A stretch of 64,000 nucleotides of DNA from an uncultured Ignavibacteria bacterium (GCA_964496505.1 CAZBZV010000015.1:754-64753), one strand, 5' to 3'. Positions 29,487-39,934 are shown, counted from the first letter of the stretch. The notes: generated by a model from the sequence alone, not told the origin. Translations and numbers: made by a program.

Positions 29487-30476
29487 ATGAAAAAATGCCT
29501 TATCGCATTTTTTATGATAGTGCTGCTAAGTGTTGCGGCTCAATCTGAAGAACAAAACAGAATTCAACCGTTTTATCCGGTTAATACATATTCTATTGTT
29601 TGCTATGATTCTGCCACCGGGCAGTTTGGGGCGGCGGTGCAGTCGCACTGGTTCAAGGTTGCCGATGTTATCTGGGCCGAGCCTGATGTTGGTGTGGTGG
29701 CCACGCAGTCGCTGGCCGATTTCTCCTACGGCAAGCTTGGGCTGGAGATGATGAAAACCGGCAAAACCGCACAACAGGCGTTAGACGGGCTTAAGGCCTC
29801 CGATCCGAACTCCGATGTGCGCCAGGTAGCGATGATCGATAATATGGGAAATATCGCCACTCATACGGGGGAGAACTGCATCGCCATGGCGGGCCATCGC
29901 ACAGGAGCGAATTACTCTGTGCAAGCTAACCTGATGGAGAAATCCACTGTATGGGATGCAATGGCCGAGGCGTTTGAGATTACAGAGGGCGAACTGGCTG
30001 ACCGTATGATGGCTGCGCTCGAAGCGGCACAGGCCGAGGGCGGTGATATCCGCGGCAAGCAGTCGGCGGCAATGCTGGTGGTGACCGGAGAGCCGACCGG
30101 GATGCCCTGGGTGGACAAGATCGTCGATCTGCGTGTTGACGACTCCCCGGAGCCGTTGAAAGAATTAAGGCGGCTGATAAATATCAATCGCGCTTATGAA
30201 TATATGAATCTGGGGGATGAGTATTTCTTCAAGGGCGAGGTGGAGAAAGCCAAAGAGGCCTATTCCAAATCGGCCGAGCTCGCACCCGGCAATCCTGAGA
30301 TTCTGTTCTGGCAGGCGGTGACTATGGCCTCGGCCGGTGAAGAGGAGATGGCCATGCCGATTTTCAAGAAGGTCTTCGAGATGGATGAGAACTGGCGGGT
30401 ATTGGTACCGCGTCTGGTCGACTCCGGCCTTCTGCCGGATGATCCGGAATTAATAGAGAGGATTGTAGGGCAGTAA
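29487..30476 (+). CDS. DUF1028 (Ntn-hydrolase-like) secreted protein with C-terminal TPR
   Basis: TYSIV..GAAVQS, GVVATQS, GGDIRGKQSAA, DLRVDDSPEPLKEL; TPR-like helices at the C-terminus. Confidence 0.87.
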   Translation: MKKCLIAFFMIVLLSVAAQSEEQNRIQPFYPVNTYSIVCYDSATGQFGAAVQSHWFKVADVIWAEPDVGVVATQSLADFSYGKLGLEMMKTGKTAQQALDGLKASDPNSDVRQVAMIDNMGNIATHTGENCIAMAGHRTGANYSVQANLMEKSTVWDAMAEAFEITEGELADRMMAALEAAQAEGGDIRGKQSAAMLVVTGEPTGMPWVDKIVDLRVDDSPEPLKELRRLININRAYEYMNLGDEYFFKGEVEKAKEAYSKSAELAPGNPEILFWQAVTMASAGEEEMAMPIFKKVFEMDENWRVLVPRLVDSGLLPDDPELIERIVGQ

Positions 30477-30496
30477 ATATTTGTATCCCACCTATC

Positions 30497-30667
30497 GGGC
30501 TTGTTGAAAAAGATATTTTTCATCGCGCAGGGTCTTGGCCCCCGATGGAATCGGGGGTTGTGACCCTGCGCCTTATTATATATAGCATGCATTTACGTTG
30601 GGTCACAATTCCGTCTTCGACGGAATCAAGACCCAACGTTACATCATCAGGGATTATCAACACTCCC
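30497..30667. mobile_element. MITE-like element A carrying two REP-like hairpins
   Basis: Imperfect terminal IRs GGGCTTGTTGAAAA / TTATCAACACTCCC, flanked by TATC on both sides, inside a CCCACCT..AGGTGGG palindrome; inverted shorter relative at 62127-62226. Confidence 0.7.
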
Positions 30668-30809
30668 TATCAGGTGGGTTTATTCCAGACTGGGTATGCC
30701 CATTACAAGCAAAGCATTTGGATTATTGTACATCATAAAGGCATTCAGTTGAATTTCTTGCAGATTGTAAATCGCAGCATAGCAGATGAATGATTTGAAC
30801 CCACCTGTT

Positions 30810-31073
30810 GGGGAGTGTTTTAAAAAAGCCTGTGGTAATGAAGCATAAGGAAGAATCCGGAACGAAGCAAAGCGAAGTAGAGTGATTCTGCCTATCATCA
30901 TGAAAAAAATACAAATAGGCAAAACCACTGCGCTTCGCTTCGGGTTTTTCCCTACTCCATATCACACAATCATTCTTAGGGAACGAAGCTACCTAAGAAT
31001 CTTTAACTAATCAAACAGATTCTTCGCTTCGCTCAGGATGACATTACCCGCCACAGTCTTTTTCGATAAACCC
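30810..31073. mobile_element. MITE-like element B with REP-like cargo
   Basis: Ends GGGAGTGTTTTAAAAAAGCCTGTGG / CCACAGTCTTTTTCGATAAACCC inside a CACCTGTT..AACAGGTG palindrome; internal GATTCTTCGCTTCGCTCAGGATGAC-type repeats. Confidence 0.6.
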
Positions 31074-31091
31074 AACAACAGGTGTACGACT

Positions 31092-32732
31092 TCAATCGAT
31101 CAAAATCGATTCGGGGACGTCCTCCTCTTTTTCGGGAAGTCTGTAATAGTCTCCGCGTTCACGCACAACCTTTTCAAGCCAGCTCTCCGGGTAACCCTTC
31201 TCCTCGGGACGGCCTTTCTCGTTTTTGACATAGCCGTCATTATACTTCACGATCAAATACTCGCCCAGCTCACGCCATCTATCCACGACATTCTCGGCAT
31301 TATCAACTGAGTAACGCGTAAGAAACTCGAGCATCAGGTCATGGTCTGATGCGCTGAATCCAAGCGCCATCTGCTCGATATGCGGCTGCATGTTGATGTA
31401 GTATTCCTCGAGCTCGCTTTGCACTGCCTGAATGTCTTTGATCATATATGAGTATTTCAGGTTGCAGAAATTTGAGACGAAATTAAAGACCCACCATGCC
31501 GACTCCCATGTAAAATCCTGCAGTGATCCCACGGCATACGATTTGGGAATCTCGGTAATACCGCAGTAAAGCGGAGTGTAGCATGTAAACCAGGTATCAT
31601 CAACGCCGTACCAGAATACTCCGCCGATCGGATCGGGCAGGCATCCCCGTGACTGCGAGACAAACGAAAACCCGGTCTGCTGGGTGGAGATAGGGCGCTC
31701 CCACATATAGGTCACGCTGTCGACCTGCCATTCCATCGGACGCCATCTGTAAGGTGTATTATACGGTCCGGCGTCGACACCTCTGGTCATATCAAAGGGC
31801 GTGCCCTCGTAATGATCGCGCATCAGCGAGAAGACGTCGGAAAGCGATATCTTCTCATCGGGCTTTATCCAGAGCGGGTATTCCTCGGCACCCGCGACTG
31901 CACGATGGTAGTCGGGATCGAATTCCTGTGAGGGCGCTGCGCGCCTGAATATACTCCAGACTCGCGTATCGGCATATTTGTGATTGGAGGGCGTGTCCGG
32001 GCAGTAAGCCTTGCGGAAACTGAACGGCTCGCCGGAATCGGGGTTGTAGAAATCCTGCTCGACTGCGAATTCGATGACATTATCGGAGTAAAGGCAATTC
32101 TCCGGATCATCCAGCGGAAATTCACCGATACGCGCCTTGTTAGCATGAGCCGAAATATAACCGTCGGGGATACGTCTGGCCACCCAGACCGCGCCGGTAT
32201 TGCCCGGACCCATACCGCTCATCTCCATAATCCAGGCCTCCTCGGTATCGGCGATCGAGAACGATTCGCCGGTGGAACGGTATCCGTATTTCTCGACCAG
32301 GTCGGTCATGACCTCGATCGCCTCGCGGGCGGTTTTGGCACGCTGAAGAGCCAGATACATCAAATCCCAATAGTGCAGCACGCCCAGGGTATCCTGCAAC
32401 TCCTCGCGTCCGGTAAAAGTGGTTTCGCTGATTGCCAGTTGATTCTCGTTCATCAGATCGACAATGGCATAAGTATGCGGTACCTGATGGATTTTCCCGC
32501 GCACATTGCCGTGCCAGTCCTTGATTTCAAGGGAATCCTCGACATGATCCTCGGCCGGAGTGTACTCCAGATGCGGATGGAACTCGCCATCGCAGGTATA
32601 GGTAATCATAACCGAGCCGTCTTCCGAAGCTCCTTTGGTAACCAGAAGGTTGGTACAGGGATAAACAGCCGAAGCTGAGAGCAGTACCGCAAAAATTATA
32701 GCAACTATTAACGATTTTTTCATATCTGCCAT
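31092..32732 (-). CDS. C69-family dipeptidase (secernin-like), secreted
   Basis: Signal peptide followed by the N-terminal nucleophile CTNLLV; MNENQLAISETT, LALQRAKTAREAI, MRDHYEGT, ERPIS. Confidence 0.9.
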   Translation of the reverse strand: MADMKKSLIVAIIFAVLLSASAVYPCTNLLVTKGASEDGSVMITYTCDGEFHPHLEYTPAEDHVEDSLEIKDWHGNVRGKIHQVPHTYAIVDLMNENQLAISETTFTGREELQDTLGVLHYWDLMYLALQRAKTAREAIEVMTDLVEKYGYRSTGESFSIADTEEAWIMEMSGMGPGNTGAVWVARRIPDGYISAHANKARIGEFPLDDPENCLYSDNVIEFAVEQDFYNPDSGEPFSFRKAYCPDTPSNHKYADTRVWSIFRRAAPSQEFDPDYHRAVAGAEEYPLWIKPDEKISLSDVFSLMRDHYEGTPFDMTRGVDAGPYNTPYRWRPMEWQVDSVTYMWERPISTQQTGFSFVSQSRGCLPDPIGGVFWYGVDDTWFTCYTPLYCGITEIPKSYAVGSLQDFTWESAWWVFNFVSNFCNLKYSYMIKDIQAVQSELEEYYINMQPHIEQMALGFSASDHDLMLEFLTRYSVDNAENVVDRWRELGEYLIVKYNDGYVKNEKGRPEEKGYPESWLEKVVRERGDYYRLPEKEEDVPESILID

Positions 32733-32845
32733 CTCCTTAATGAATTGTCTATTATATGATTACGATTTCAAATCCAATATCAGCGCAAATATCCCGTCTG
32801 ATTCAGACAAATTTATTATAATTGTCTAATAATCGCAATAATTTC

Positions 32846-32873
32846 TTGACAAATCGAGTAAAGAGGCTATTAT
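32846..32873 (+). promoter_or_regulatory. Sigma70-type promoter of the cohesin-dockerin gene pair
   Basis: TTGACA-N16-TATTAT. Confidence 0.6.
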
Positions 32874-32986
32874 TTAATTGATAGACTGCTACCGTAAAGA
32901 ATACTTATCGCATAGAGGATTAATCTCAGGGATAAATGCTATCGTTTTAGGCGTTTTTTGTTTTAACCTATAATTCGGGAGGAGAT

Positions 32987-34462
32987 ATGTCTAAACGATG
33001 CTCATCGAAAGCTGTGGGGAAAACATCCACGGCGATAACTATTTTTATTCTTCTCATTTCATTCAGCTTCATTTCGAGCGGAGCTCATGCCGTTGCGCCG
33101 GGGAATATCCGGGTTGCTATGCCGCAATATCATGAATTCTATGATGTAGACAGCTATATTAGTATTCCAGTCTTACTGGAAAACAACTCTGATATCGAGA
33201 TTAGCGGCTTTGATTTTCTGATCCAGTACGATACCAGTGTTGTCGAGCTGGTGGATGTAAATTTTGAGACGATTGATGAATGCAACTGGTTTCTCCTGGG
33301 ACATCGCCCCGAACTTCCAGGGGTGGAAAAGATATATGCAGCCCCCGGCACGGATCCTCTGGGATGTAATTTCTCCAATTCTTTTGATACACTCTTTTTC
33401 CTGCAGTTCTATATCAAGCCGGACAGCGCAAACGAATGTCTGACCTTTCCCCTTAGATTTTACTGGACTCAATGTTCTGATAACAGCTTAATCAACATGT
33501 TTGGCGACAGTCTTTTTATGTCCGACAGTATATACGATTTTTATGAAGATCAGCTTATTCATAAAGACGATACCCTTCCTACAATTCACGGTGCCCCGGA
33601 TTCATGCTATAATCTTGCAGGAGGATACGGCAAGTACAGGCTGGTGGATTTTGCCAATGGCGTGATTGATGTTGCCTGTATCGATGATATCGATGAAACC
33701 GGAGATGTAAATCTTAATCAGATTCCCTATGAGATTGCTGATTATGTGATGTTCACTAATTATTATTTAATAGGACCAGATGTATTTGATGTAGATCTTC
33801 AAAGACAACTGCAGGCGACGGATTGTGATAAGGATGGTATCTATCCCACCCTGCGCGATTTGGTATTCCTGTATCGGGTGATTATAGGCGACTTTCCACC
33901 TCTGCCTAAGGATAGAGGCGTTGGAAATAAGCTCTTTCCGCCTACCGCGCTTTTTGTGCAAGATACGATAGCAAAGGAAATTCATCTGGTATTCCCCGAC
34001 AGCCTGAGTGCCATACATCTGATTTTTGACGGCGAGATTGTACCGTTGGATGAGGTCCCCGAGGGCGCCGGTTTCAGTTATCAGAATAATGTCACGCGTT
34101 TTATTGCTGCGCCCGGTTATTCTGGTTCCGATAGCGCGACATATCAGGGATTGTACTTCAGGTATGATGGATGGGGGATATTGGACAGCTGTGAAGTTGC
34201 CGATTGGGAGATGCGCGATATCGCATCAGCAGTTCAGGTGATCGGCGGGGAGCCGATGTGCGGGGATATCAATGCTGATGACGTTATAGATATCGCCGAT
34301 GTTATCTACCTGCTGAACTATATTTTCCTCGCCGAAGAACCACCGGTCTCGATGACTGCGGCCGATGTTAACTGCGACGGCGCTGTGAATATAGTCGATG
34401 CCATCTCAATCGTCCGTTATATCTTTACCGGCAGCCCGGTACCCTGCGGTAATTGTGATTAA
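32987..34462 (+). CDS. Secreted cohesin-like and dockerin domain protein (paralog 1)
   Basis: Signal peptide; cohesin-like ISIPVLLEN..ISGFDFLIQYDTSVVELVDV..LFFLQFYI; internal dockerin-like GDVNLN..EIADYV / TDCDKDG..LRDLV; C-terminal dockerin CGDINADD..DVNCDG. Confidence 0.72.
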   Translation: MSKRCSSKAVGKTSTAITIFILLISFSFISSGAHAVAPGNIRVAMPQYHEFYDVDSYISIPVLLENNSDIEISGFDFLIQYDTSVVELVDVNFETIDECNWFLLGHRPELPGVEKIYAAPGTDPLGCNFSNSFDTLFFLQFYIKPDSANECLTFPLRFYWTQCSDNSLINMFGDSLFMSDSIYDFYEDQLIHKDDTLPTIHGAPDSCYNLAGGYGKYRLVDFANGVIDVACIDDIDETGDVNLNQIPYEIADYVMFTNYYLIGPDVFDVDLQRQLQATDCDKDGIYPTLRDLVFLYRVIIGDFPPLPKDRGVGNKLFPPTALFVQDTIAKEIHLVFPDSLSAIHLIFDGEIVPLDEVPEGAGFSYQNNVTRFIAAPGYSGSDSATYQGLYFRYDGWGILDSCEVADWEMRDIASAVQVIGGEPMCGDINADDVIDIADVIYLLNYIFLAEEPPVSMTAADVNCDGAVNIVDAISIVRYIFTGSPVPCGNCD

Positions 34463-34491
34463 GAATTTGAAATGACACTTCGGGAGGAGAT

Positions 34492-35964
34492 ATGTCTAAA
34501 CGATGTCCATCAAAAGCTGTGGGGAAAATATCCACGGCGGTAATGATTTTTATGCTTCTCATTTCTTTCAGCTTCATTTCGAGCGGCGCCCATGCGGCTG
34601 TTCAAAGTGATATCAAGGTCAGTATCCCGGAGGGGGATTTTGCCTTTTTTGGAACAAACATATCGGTTCCTGTCATCATGGAAAATAATACCGATATCCA
34701 GATCGGCGGATTCGAATTCATGATCAAGTACGATACCACTGTCCTGGAATTTTTGGATATCAACCTTGATCCGATAAACAGCTGTAACTGGGATCTTCTC
34801 GGACATCATACCGAGCTTTCAGGGGTCGAGAAAATATACGCGGTGCCGGGCACCGGCCCGTTGGGATGCGATTTCACCAATGGTGTCGACACTCTCTGCT
34901 TCCTCGAATTTTATGTTATTGTCGATTTCGATAACGAGTGCCAGGGTTTTCCGATAAGATTTTACTGGACTCAGTGTACGGATAACACGCTTATCAACAC
35001 AACAGACGACAGTCTGCTCATGTCATATCAAGTCTTTGATTTATATACCGAGCAATTTATCCAGCAGGATGATGTTCTGCCGACTATCCACGGCGCTCCC
35101 GATTCATGTTACAATCTTGCGGGCGCTGCCGGAAAATACAGGCTGGTGGATTTCTACAATGGTGAGGTTAAGATCCCCTGTCAGTATGTTCCGGATAATA
35201 CCGGAGACGTGAACCTGAATGGGCTGCAATATGAAATCGCTGATTATGTTATGTTTCAAAGCTATTATCTCAATGGTGTAGAAGTATTTGTGGTAAATCC
35301 CCAGGGACAGTTGCAGGCGACAGATTGCAATAAGGATGGCGTGTATCCCACTCTGCGCGACCTGGTTTTCATGTATCGAGTTATTATCGGGGACATTAAT
35401 CCATTGCCCAAAATGGGCGATGATGGCAACAAGCTCTTCCCGCCTACTGCGCTGTTTGTCCAGGATACGCTGGCGCAGGAAGTAAATCTGGTATTCCCGG
35501 ACAGCCTGAATGCTATACATCTGATTTTTGACGGTGAGATAGTTCCGACTTATAACGGTCCGGGTGATTTTGCTTATGCATTTGATGGATCAGTTACCCG
35601 CCTTTTGATCGCACCCTGGTTTGGCGGGAATGACGACGCGGTATATCAGGGAATGCTTTTTACTTATACCGGCAGCGGAATCCTTGACAGCTCTGATGTT
35701 GCCGATTGGGAGATGCGTAATATCGGCTCTGCCGTTCAGGTGATCGGCGGAGAGCCGATGTGCGGTGATATCAATGCTGACGGTATGATACAGCTTGATG
35801 ATGCGGTCTATCTCCTGTATTACATATTCTATTCGATGGAACCGCCTGTATCTATGACCGCCGCTGATGTTACCTGCGACGGCAAGATCAATATCAGCGA
35901 TGCGGTTCTAATAGTCCGTTATCTGTTTACCGGCAGCCCGGTTCCCTGCGGAAACTGCCCGTAA
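34492..35964 (+). CDS. Secreted cohesin-like and dockerin domain protein (paralog 2)
   Basis: Collinear paralog of 32987..34462; same RBS/start DNA TTCGGGAGGAGATATGTCTAAACGATG; ISVPVIMEN..IGGFEFMIKYDTTVLEFLDI. Confidence 0.72.
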   Translation: MSKRCPSKAVGKISTAVMIFMLLISFSFISSGAHAAVQSDIKVSIPEGDFAFFGTNISVPVIMENNTDIQIGGFEFMIKYDTTVLEFLDINLDPINSCNWDLLGHHTELSGVEKIYAVPGTGPLGCDFTNGVDTLCFLEFYVIVDFDNECQGFPIRFYWTQCTDNTLINTTDDSLLMSYQVFDLYTEQFIQQDDVLPTIHGAPDSCYNLAGAAGKYRLVDFYNGEVKIPCQYVPDNTGDVNLNGLQYEIADYVMFQSYYLNGVEVFVVNPQGQLQATDCNKDGVYPTLRDLVFMYRVIIGDINPLPKMGDDGNKLFPPTALFVQDTLAQEVNLVFPDSLNAIHLIFDGEIVPTYNGPGDFAYAFDGSVTRLLIAPWFGGNDDAVYQGMLFTYTGSGILDSSDVADWEMRNIGSAVQVIGGEPMCGDINADGMIQLDDAVYLLYYIFYSMEPPVSMTAADVTCDGKINISDAVLIVRYLFTGSPVPCGNCP

Positions 35965-35983
35965 TATAAGACAATTAGAAAGC

Positions 35984-36021
35984 ATAAAAAAACCCATCCA
36001 CATTATGGATGGGTTTTTTAT
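35984..36021. terminator. Intrinsic terminator
   Basis: ATAAAAAAACCCATCCA-CATTA-TGGATGGGTTTTTTAT. Confidence 0.85.
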
Positions 36022-36124
36022 TTGTATACTGATTATATGGAACAGGGATGCTTATAATCCTGTTTGCACAGTATGTAAACAGGATCGAAAGACAGCTTTG
36101 AATATCTGAAAAGGAGGTTCAATT

Positions 36125-36676
36125 ATGCCGCGTTTAAAATATGTAAAGCCGTCTGAGGCGCAGGGCGAGATGAAGGAAATTATGGATCATATCGAAAAGG
36201 ATTTCGGCGCGGTTCCGAATATCTTTCAGGGCATGGCCGGAAGCCCGGTTGCGCTCAAAGCCTATCTTGCATTGAATAATATCATCGATGAGGGCAACTT
36301 GTCCCAGCAGGAGCAGGAGATAACCCGTATCGCAGTCAGCCAGTATAACGATTGTGAATACTGCCTTGCCGCCCATACCGCCGGGGCGAAGAGCACCGGC
36401 ATGAAGGACGAGGAGATTATGGACATCCGCAAGGGTAACGGCTCCAACGAAAAATACAATGCGCTTTTTATGTTTACCCAGCAGATTATGGAAACAAAAG
36501 GCTTTGTCTCGGATGAAGATATGGAGAAATTTACCGAAGCCGGGTATACCAGGGAGCATATTCCCGAGGTAATTACCATAATCGCCCAAAAGACCTTATC
36601 GAATTACTTCAACCATGTACATAACACCGAACTGGATATGCCGAAGGCGCCTGAGCTGGAGATGCAGGAAGCCTGA
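36125..36676 (+). CDS. AhpD/carboxymuconolactone decarboxylase-family alkylhydroperoxidase
   Basis: FGAVPNIF, E..RIAVSQYNDCEYCLAAH (CxxC-H), SNYFNH; RBS AAGGAGG. Confidence 0.9.
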   Translation: MPRLKYVKPSEAQGEMKEIMDHIEKDFGAVPNIFQGMAGSPVALKAYLALNNIIDEGNLSQQEQEITRIAVSQYNDCEYCLAAHTAGAKSTGMKDEEIMDIRKGNGSNEKYNALFMFTQQIMETKGFVSDEDMEKFTEAGYTREHIPEVITIIAQKTLSNYFNHVHNTELDMPKAPELEMQEA

Positions 36677-36694
36677 GGAATGTGATAGGTATGA

Positions 36695-36732
36695 ATAAGC
36701 CCGTTGGAATAATCCGGCGGGCTTTTTTATTT
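36695..36732. terminator. Bidirectional terminator
   Basis: AAGCCCGTTGGA..TCCGGCGGGCTT followed by TTTT, between convergent genes. Confidence 0.8.
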
Positions 36733-36737
36733 TTGGT

Positions 36738-38348
36738 TTAGAATTTCCATGGAAATTCGGTTTTATCGTAGAATTCGTCTGCCAATGTCTCCCGGTTTCG
36801 GGCTATCAGGTAATCGGTGGGACCGTGGAAAACGCTGTTGATTTGAATTATATCCTCGGCTTTCTGGGCGGTGTAGATAACCATACCGTTCTGCGGATTC
36901 TCCGGATTACGCCAGCAGGATATAAATCGAAGATGAGTACCCTGATACACCGAATCGGTAGTAATGGATGCTGAATCGATTTTAAATGGGAACTCCTCCT
37001 TTAGCATTGCCAGATAGGAATTACCCTCAAGAGTGCCGTAAGCGACAATGTTAAAATCCGAAAGGTCTTCAGTAAGCGCCTCCTCATCAGTCATAATCCG
37101 AGCCTCGGGAAATATTCGTTCTTTTACGGCTACCACATAATCTCGCAGACCTTTTTCGGTCTCAGTATCGCCTTCATGGGTTGGTACTATCATTACCACC
37201 TTTTCCTTGTTTCCCATGGCTTTATTGATGCTGCCGCTGAATGGAATCTGATCTTGCTGTTTCTCCGTGTATTCGGGTATGTAATCCTCGAAAGCTGCGA
37301 GGAGCTCCGGATAAAAGCTCTCGAAAATGGGATATGTATCTCTGCTGTTCTCATAGTTTTCCAGTTTATCCAGCAGGCCGGGGACATAGATAAATCCTCT
37401 GGAGCGCTCCTTGTTTAGGGCACGCTTGCCTTCCTTTGATCCATCGTGGATATAAGCCAGACGAGTGGTAACCGCCCGAACAACATGCTCATTGACTATT
37501 ATCGGCCATGAAGGATAGGCCTGGGACGACATCTTTTCCTTAACCGGCCTGATTAAATCCTCGTACTCTTCCACCTGATCATGAAATTTTGAGGTCAGCG
37601 GATTGACAAAGGAATGGCTGAACTCATGCCAGGCCAGATATTTGAAATATTTCTCGGTGCCGAAATGCGGGACATCTTCTTCCGCACCATGCGGCCCGCA
37701 AATATTATAAATATCGAACCTGCCGTCGTCACGTTCCATCCGCGGCCCGAAGCCTCCCGGATGAAAAAGAAGCGCAAGTATAATATTGTAGCTGTGGTTC
37801 TCCATGCCGTAATAATCTTCCAGAATATCGACATAATTACGTCCCTCGATTTTTGCTTCGACATTCTCGGTGATAGTCCCGTAAAGCTCATGGTGCGCGC
37901 CGTAAAAATCCATGAATTTGCTCTTTTCGACAAAATCTCTCAGCTTTTCGACGAAGTCTTTGAGGTTATCCTCGCCCCACGCCCGTCTTTGGAGATAGGG
38001 AGTAAACGGTCTGATAATTTCCAGTTCGGGCGGATTGGAGAGATACAGCATGGCGGCTGCGGGAGCGTCGAAACTGAATCCCAGCGAACTCATAGAGGCA
38101 AACTTCTGGACCGCTGGATGATCCTTGTACCCGGAGAAGTAAGTATCGATTTCGGTCTTATAGCCGAATTCATAGTCGGTAATTAACCCGGTCTTTTCCT
38201 CATATCCAGATAAATATTGCACTATTCCCAGCAATTCGATGCGCGGATCGACTGAAATATTGACATTTTTGCTCCATAAGGCAGCATTTGAAAGGGCGCT
38301 TATGAGAATCATGATTACTATCAAAACCTGACAGCCTTTAACTTCCAT
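36738..38348 (-). CDS. DUF4932-like secreted protein, putative zinc metallopeptidase
   Basis: Signal peptide; VDPRIELL; HEFSHSFVNP plus downstream NEHVVRA (HExxH+E). Confidence 0.75.
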   Translation of the reverse strand: MEVKGCQVLIVIMILISALSNAALWSKNVNISVDPRIELLGIVQYLSGYEEKTGLITDYEFGYKTEIDTYFSGYKDHPAVQKFASMSSLGFSFDAPAAAMLYLSNPPELEIIRPFTPYLQRRAWGEDNLKDFVEKLRDFVEKSKFMDFYGAHHELYGTITENVEAKIEGRNYVDILEDYYGMENHSYNIILALLFHPGGFGPRMERDDGRFDIYNICGPHGAEEDVPHFGTEKYFKYLAWHEFSHSFVNPLTSKFHDQVEEYEDLIRPVKEKMSSQAYPSWPIIVNEHVVRAVTTRLAYIHDGSKEGKRALNKERSRGFIYVPGLLDKLENYENSRDTYPIFESFYPELLAAFEDYIPEYTEKQQDQIPFSGSINKAMGNKEKVVMIVPTHEGDTETEKGLRDYVVAVKERIFPEARIMTDEEALTEDLSDFNIVAYGTLEGNSYLAMLKEEFPFKIDSASITTDSVYQGTHLRFISCWRNPENPQNGMVIYTAQKAEDIIQINSVFHGPTDYLIARNRETLADEFYDKTEFPWKF

Positions 38349-38537
38349 TATATCATCCCAAGCTATTAAAAAATTCCGTCAATCTCTTTAATATTAGTAA
38401 ATATTTAAAAAATAGTACCGTATCTATTATAATATTATTTTCGCCGTATGGCTCAAAAAAAAATTTCGGTTAATTTGAGAGCCGGTGCCCATATTCCGAT
38501 ATATTCATATATGGCGTATTATTTTTGAGGATTAGAA

Positions 38538-39905
38538 ATGACACCTATTGGGAAAAGACTACGAGATTTTTTATACCGCTTCAGACCGCTGCCGAGCTAT
38601 TACGGGGATGATTTCAAGCGGATCTACGAATTTCTGCAGCACAGCCGCTGGTGGAGACGGGAGCGCGTCAGGGATTATAAGCTCAGGAAATTGAAGGAGC
38701 TGATTGAGCATGCAGAAAAAAATGTCCCCTATTACCGGGAGCTGTTTGCAAAACATGGAATAAAAGCGAAAGATATAAATTCATTTAAAGATTTTGCCAA
38801 AATTCCAGTCCTGACCAAAGGAAAAGTCCAGGAAAACATTGAGCAATTGAAGGCTGTAAACTTCGAATCGTATAACCCGTTGATAGCAAAGACCTCGGCG
38901 ACCTCCGGAGCGGAGACGATACTTTTTCGGAGCGCCTATCTCGAGTCTTTTCGCAAAGCGGTTATCTGGCGGATATACAATGAATACGGCTTCGACTTTC
39001 GGGATAAGAAAGCAACTATCACCAATCCTCATAGCTTCGAGCCTGACGCTCCTGTGTACGAGTATGATAAGCTGGAAAATGAGTTGGTAATCGACACCTC
39101 GCACCTGGTGGCGCGGCATTTCGACAAGGCATACCAGGCATTAAAGGACTTTAATCCCAAAATGATCTGGTCGCATCCGAATATGCTGGGTCTTCTGGCG
39201 GAATACATCCACGAAAAAGGTCTCGAACCGCTGGAAATAACACTGATCGGCACCTATGCGGTAAAATTCGATCCGGCCCTTAAGGATTTGACCTCAAAGG
39301 TTATCAAAGGGCGGTATTTTGAATATTACGGCAATCGTGAAAATACTATCGCCGCCTGGGGAGATTCCAACGGGGAGTTTTTCGAAGTTTCTGAGTACTG
39401 CCATTTCGAACTGGAGAATGCCATATCCGTTGCGGATTACAAAAGGGGCGATTTGATCACCACCAGTCTGCACAATTACGCTTTTCCGCTAATAAGATAT
39501 CATTCCGAGGATGTTGCCGAATGGCTGGGAAAAACCGACCCTTCCAAGCCCTATCCTGCTATCCGCCTGATCGGAGGACGCGGCAAGGATTTGCTGGTTT
39601 CAAAAGAAGGCCTGATCGATATCCCTGTATTGGGCTTTCTTCAGAAAAATGATTTCGATAAAATCAGCAATTATCAAATCGAGCAGATATCTCTTCAAAA
39701 AATCATATTTCGTGGAGTTGTCAGAAAAAACTTCGATGGCAATGATGATAAAGAGAGGCTTTATCAACTGCTGAAGGAGCTTCTTCCCGATTACTTTGAA
39801 ATAGAGATCGAATATGTTAAGGATATTCGGGTTACCCCACAGGGTAAATCGCGGATGGTGATTTCCCCTCTTGCAATGGATTATCTAAACACATATACTA
39901 AATAA
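38538..39905 (+). CDS. CapK/phenylacetate-CoA-ligase-like adenylate-forming protein (paralog 1)
   Basis: HAEKNVPYYR, IPVLTK, TSATSG, YYGNRE, TTSLHNYAFPLIRY, GRGKD, TPQGK. Confidence 0.85.
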   Translation: MTPIGKRLRDFLYRFRPLPSYYGDDFKRIYEFLQHSRWWRRERVRDYKLRKLKELIEHAEKNVPYYRELFAKHGIKAKDINSFKDFAKIPVLTKGKVQENIEQLKAVNFESYNPLIAKTSATSGAETILFRSAYLESFRKAVIWRIYNEYGFDFRDKKATITNPHSFEPDAPVYEYDKLENELVIDTSHLVARHFDKAYQALKDFNPKMIWSHPNMLGLLAEYIHEKGLEPLEITLIGTYAVKFDPALKDLTSKVIKGRYFEYYGNRENTIAAWGDSNGEFFEVSEYCHFELENAISVADYKRGDLITTSLHNYAFPLIRYHSEDVAEWLGKTDPSKPYPAIRLIGGRGKDLLVSKEGLIDIPVLGFLQKNDFDKISNYQIEQISLQKIIFRGVVRKNFDGNDDKERLYQLLKELLPDYFEIEIEYVKDIRVTPQGKSRMVISPLAMDYLNTYTK

Positions 39906-39934
39906 GGGAATTTAATTATTGCGACTGCTGAATT

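Noticed and set aside
30545-30965. Three small ORFs (80-82 aa)
   Set aside because: They overlap MITE/REP hairpins on both strands and have no recognisable motif or RBS.
31980-32678. 232-aa plus-strand ORF (likewise 23802-24353, 37614-38186, 42498-43142, 59132-59713, 62310-62888)
   Set aside because: Antisense shadows of well-supported genes, with no family motifs.
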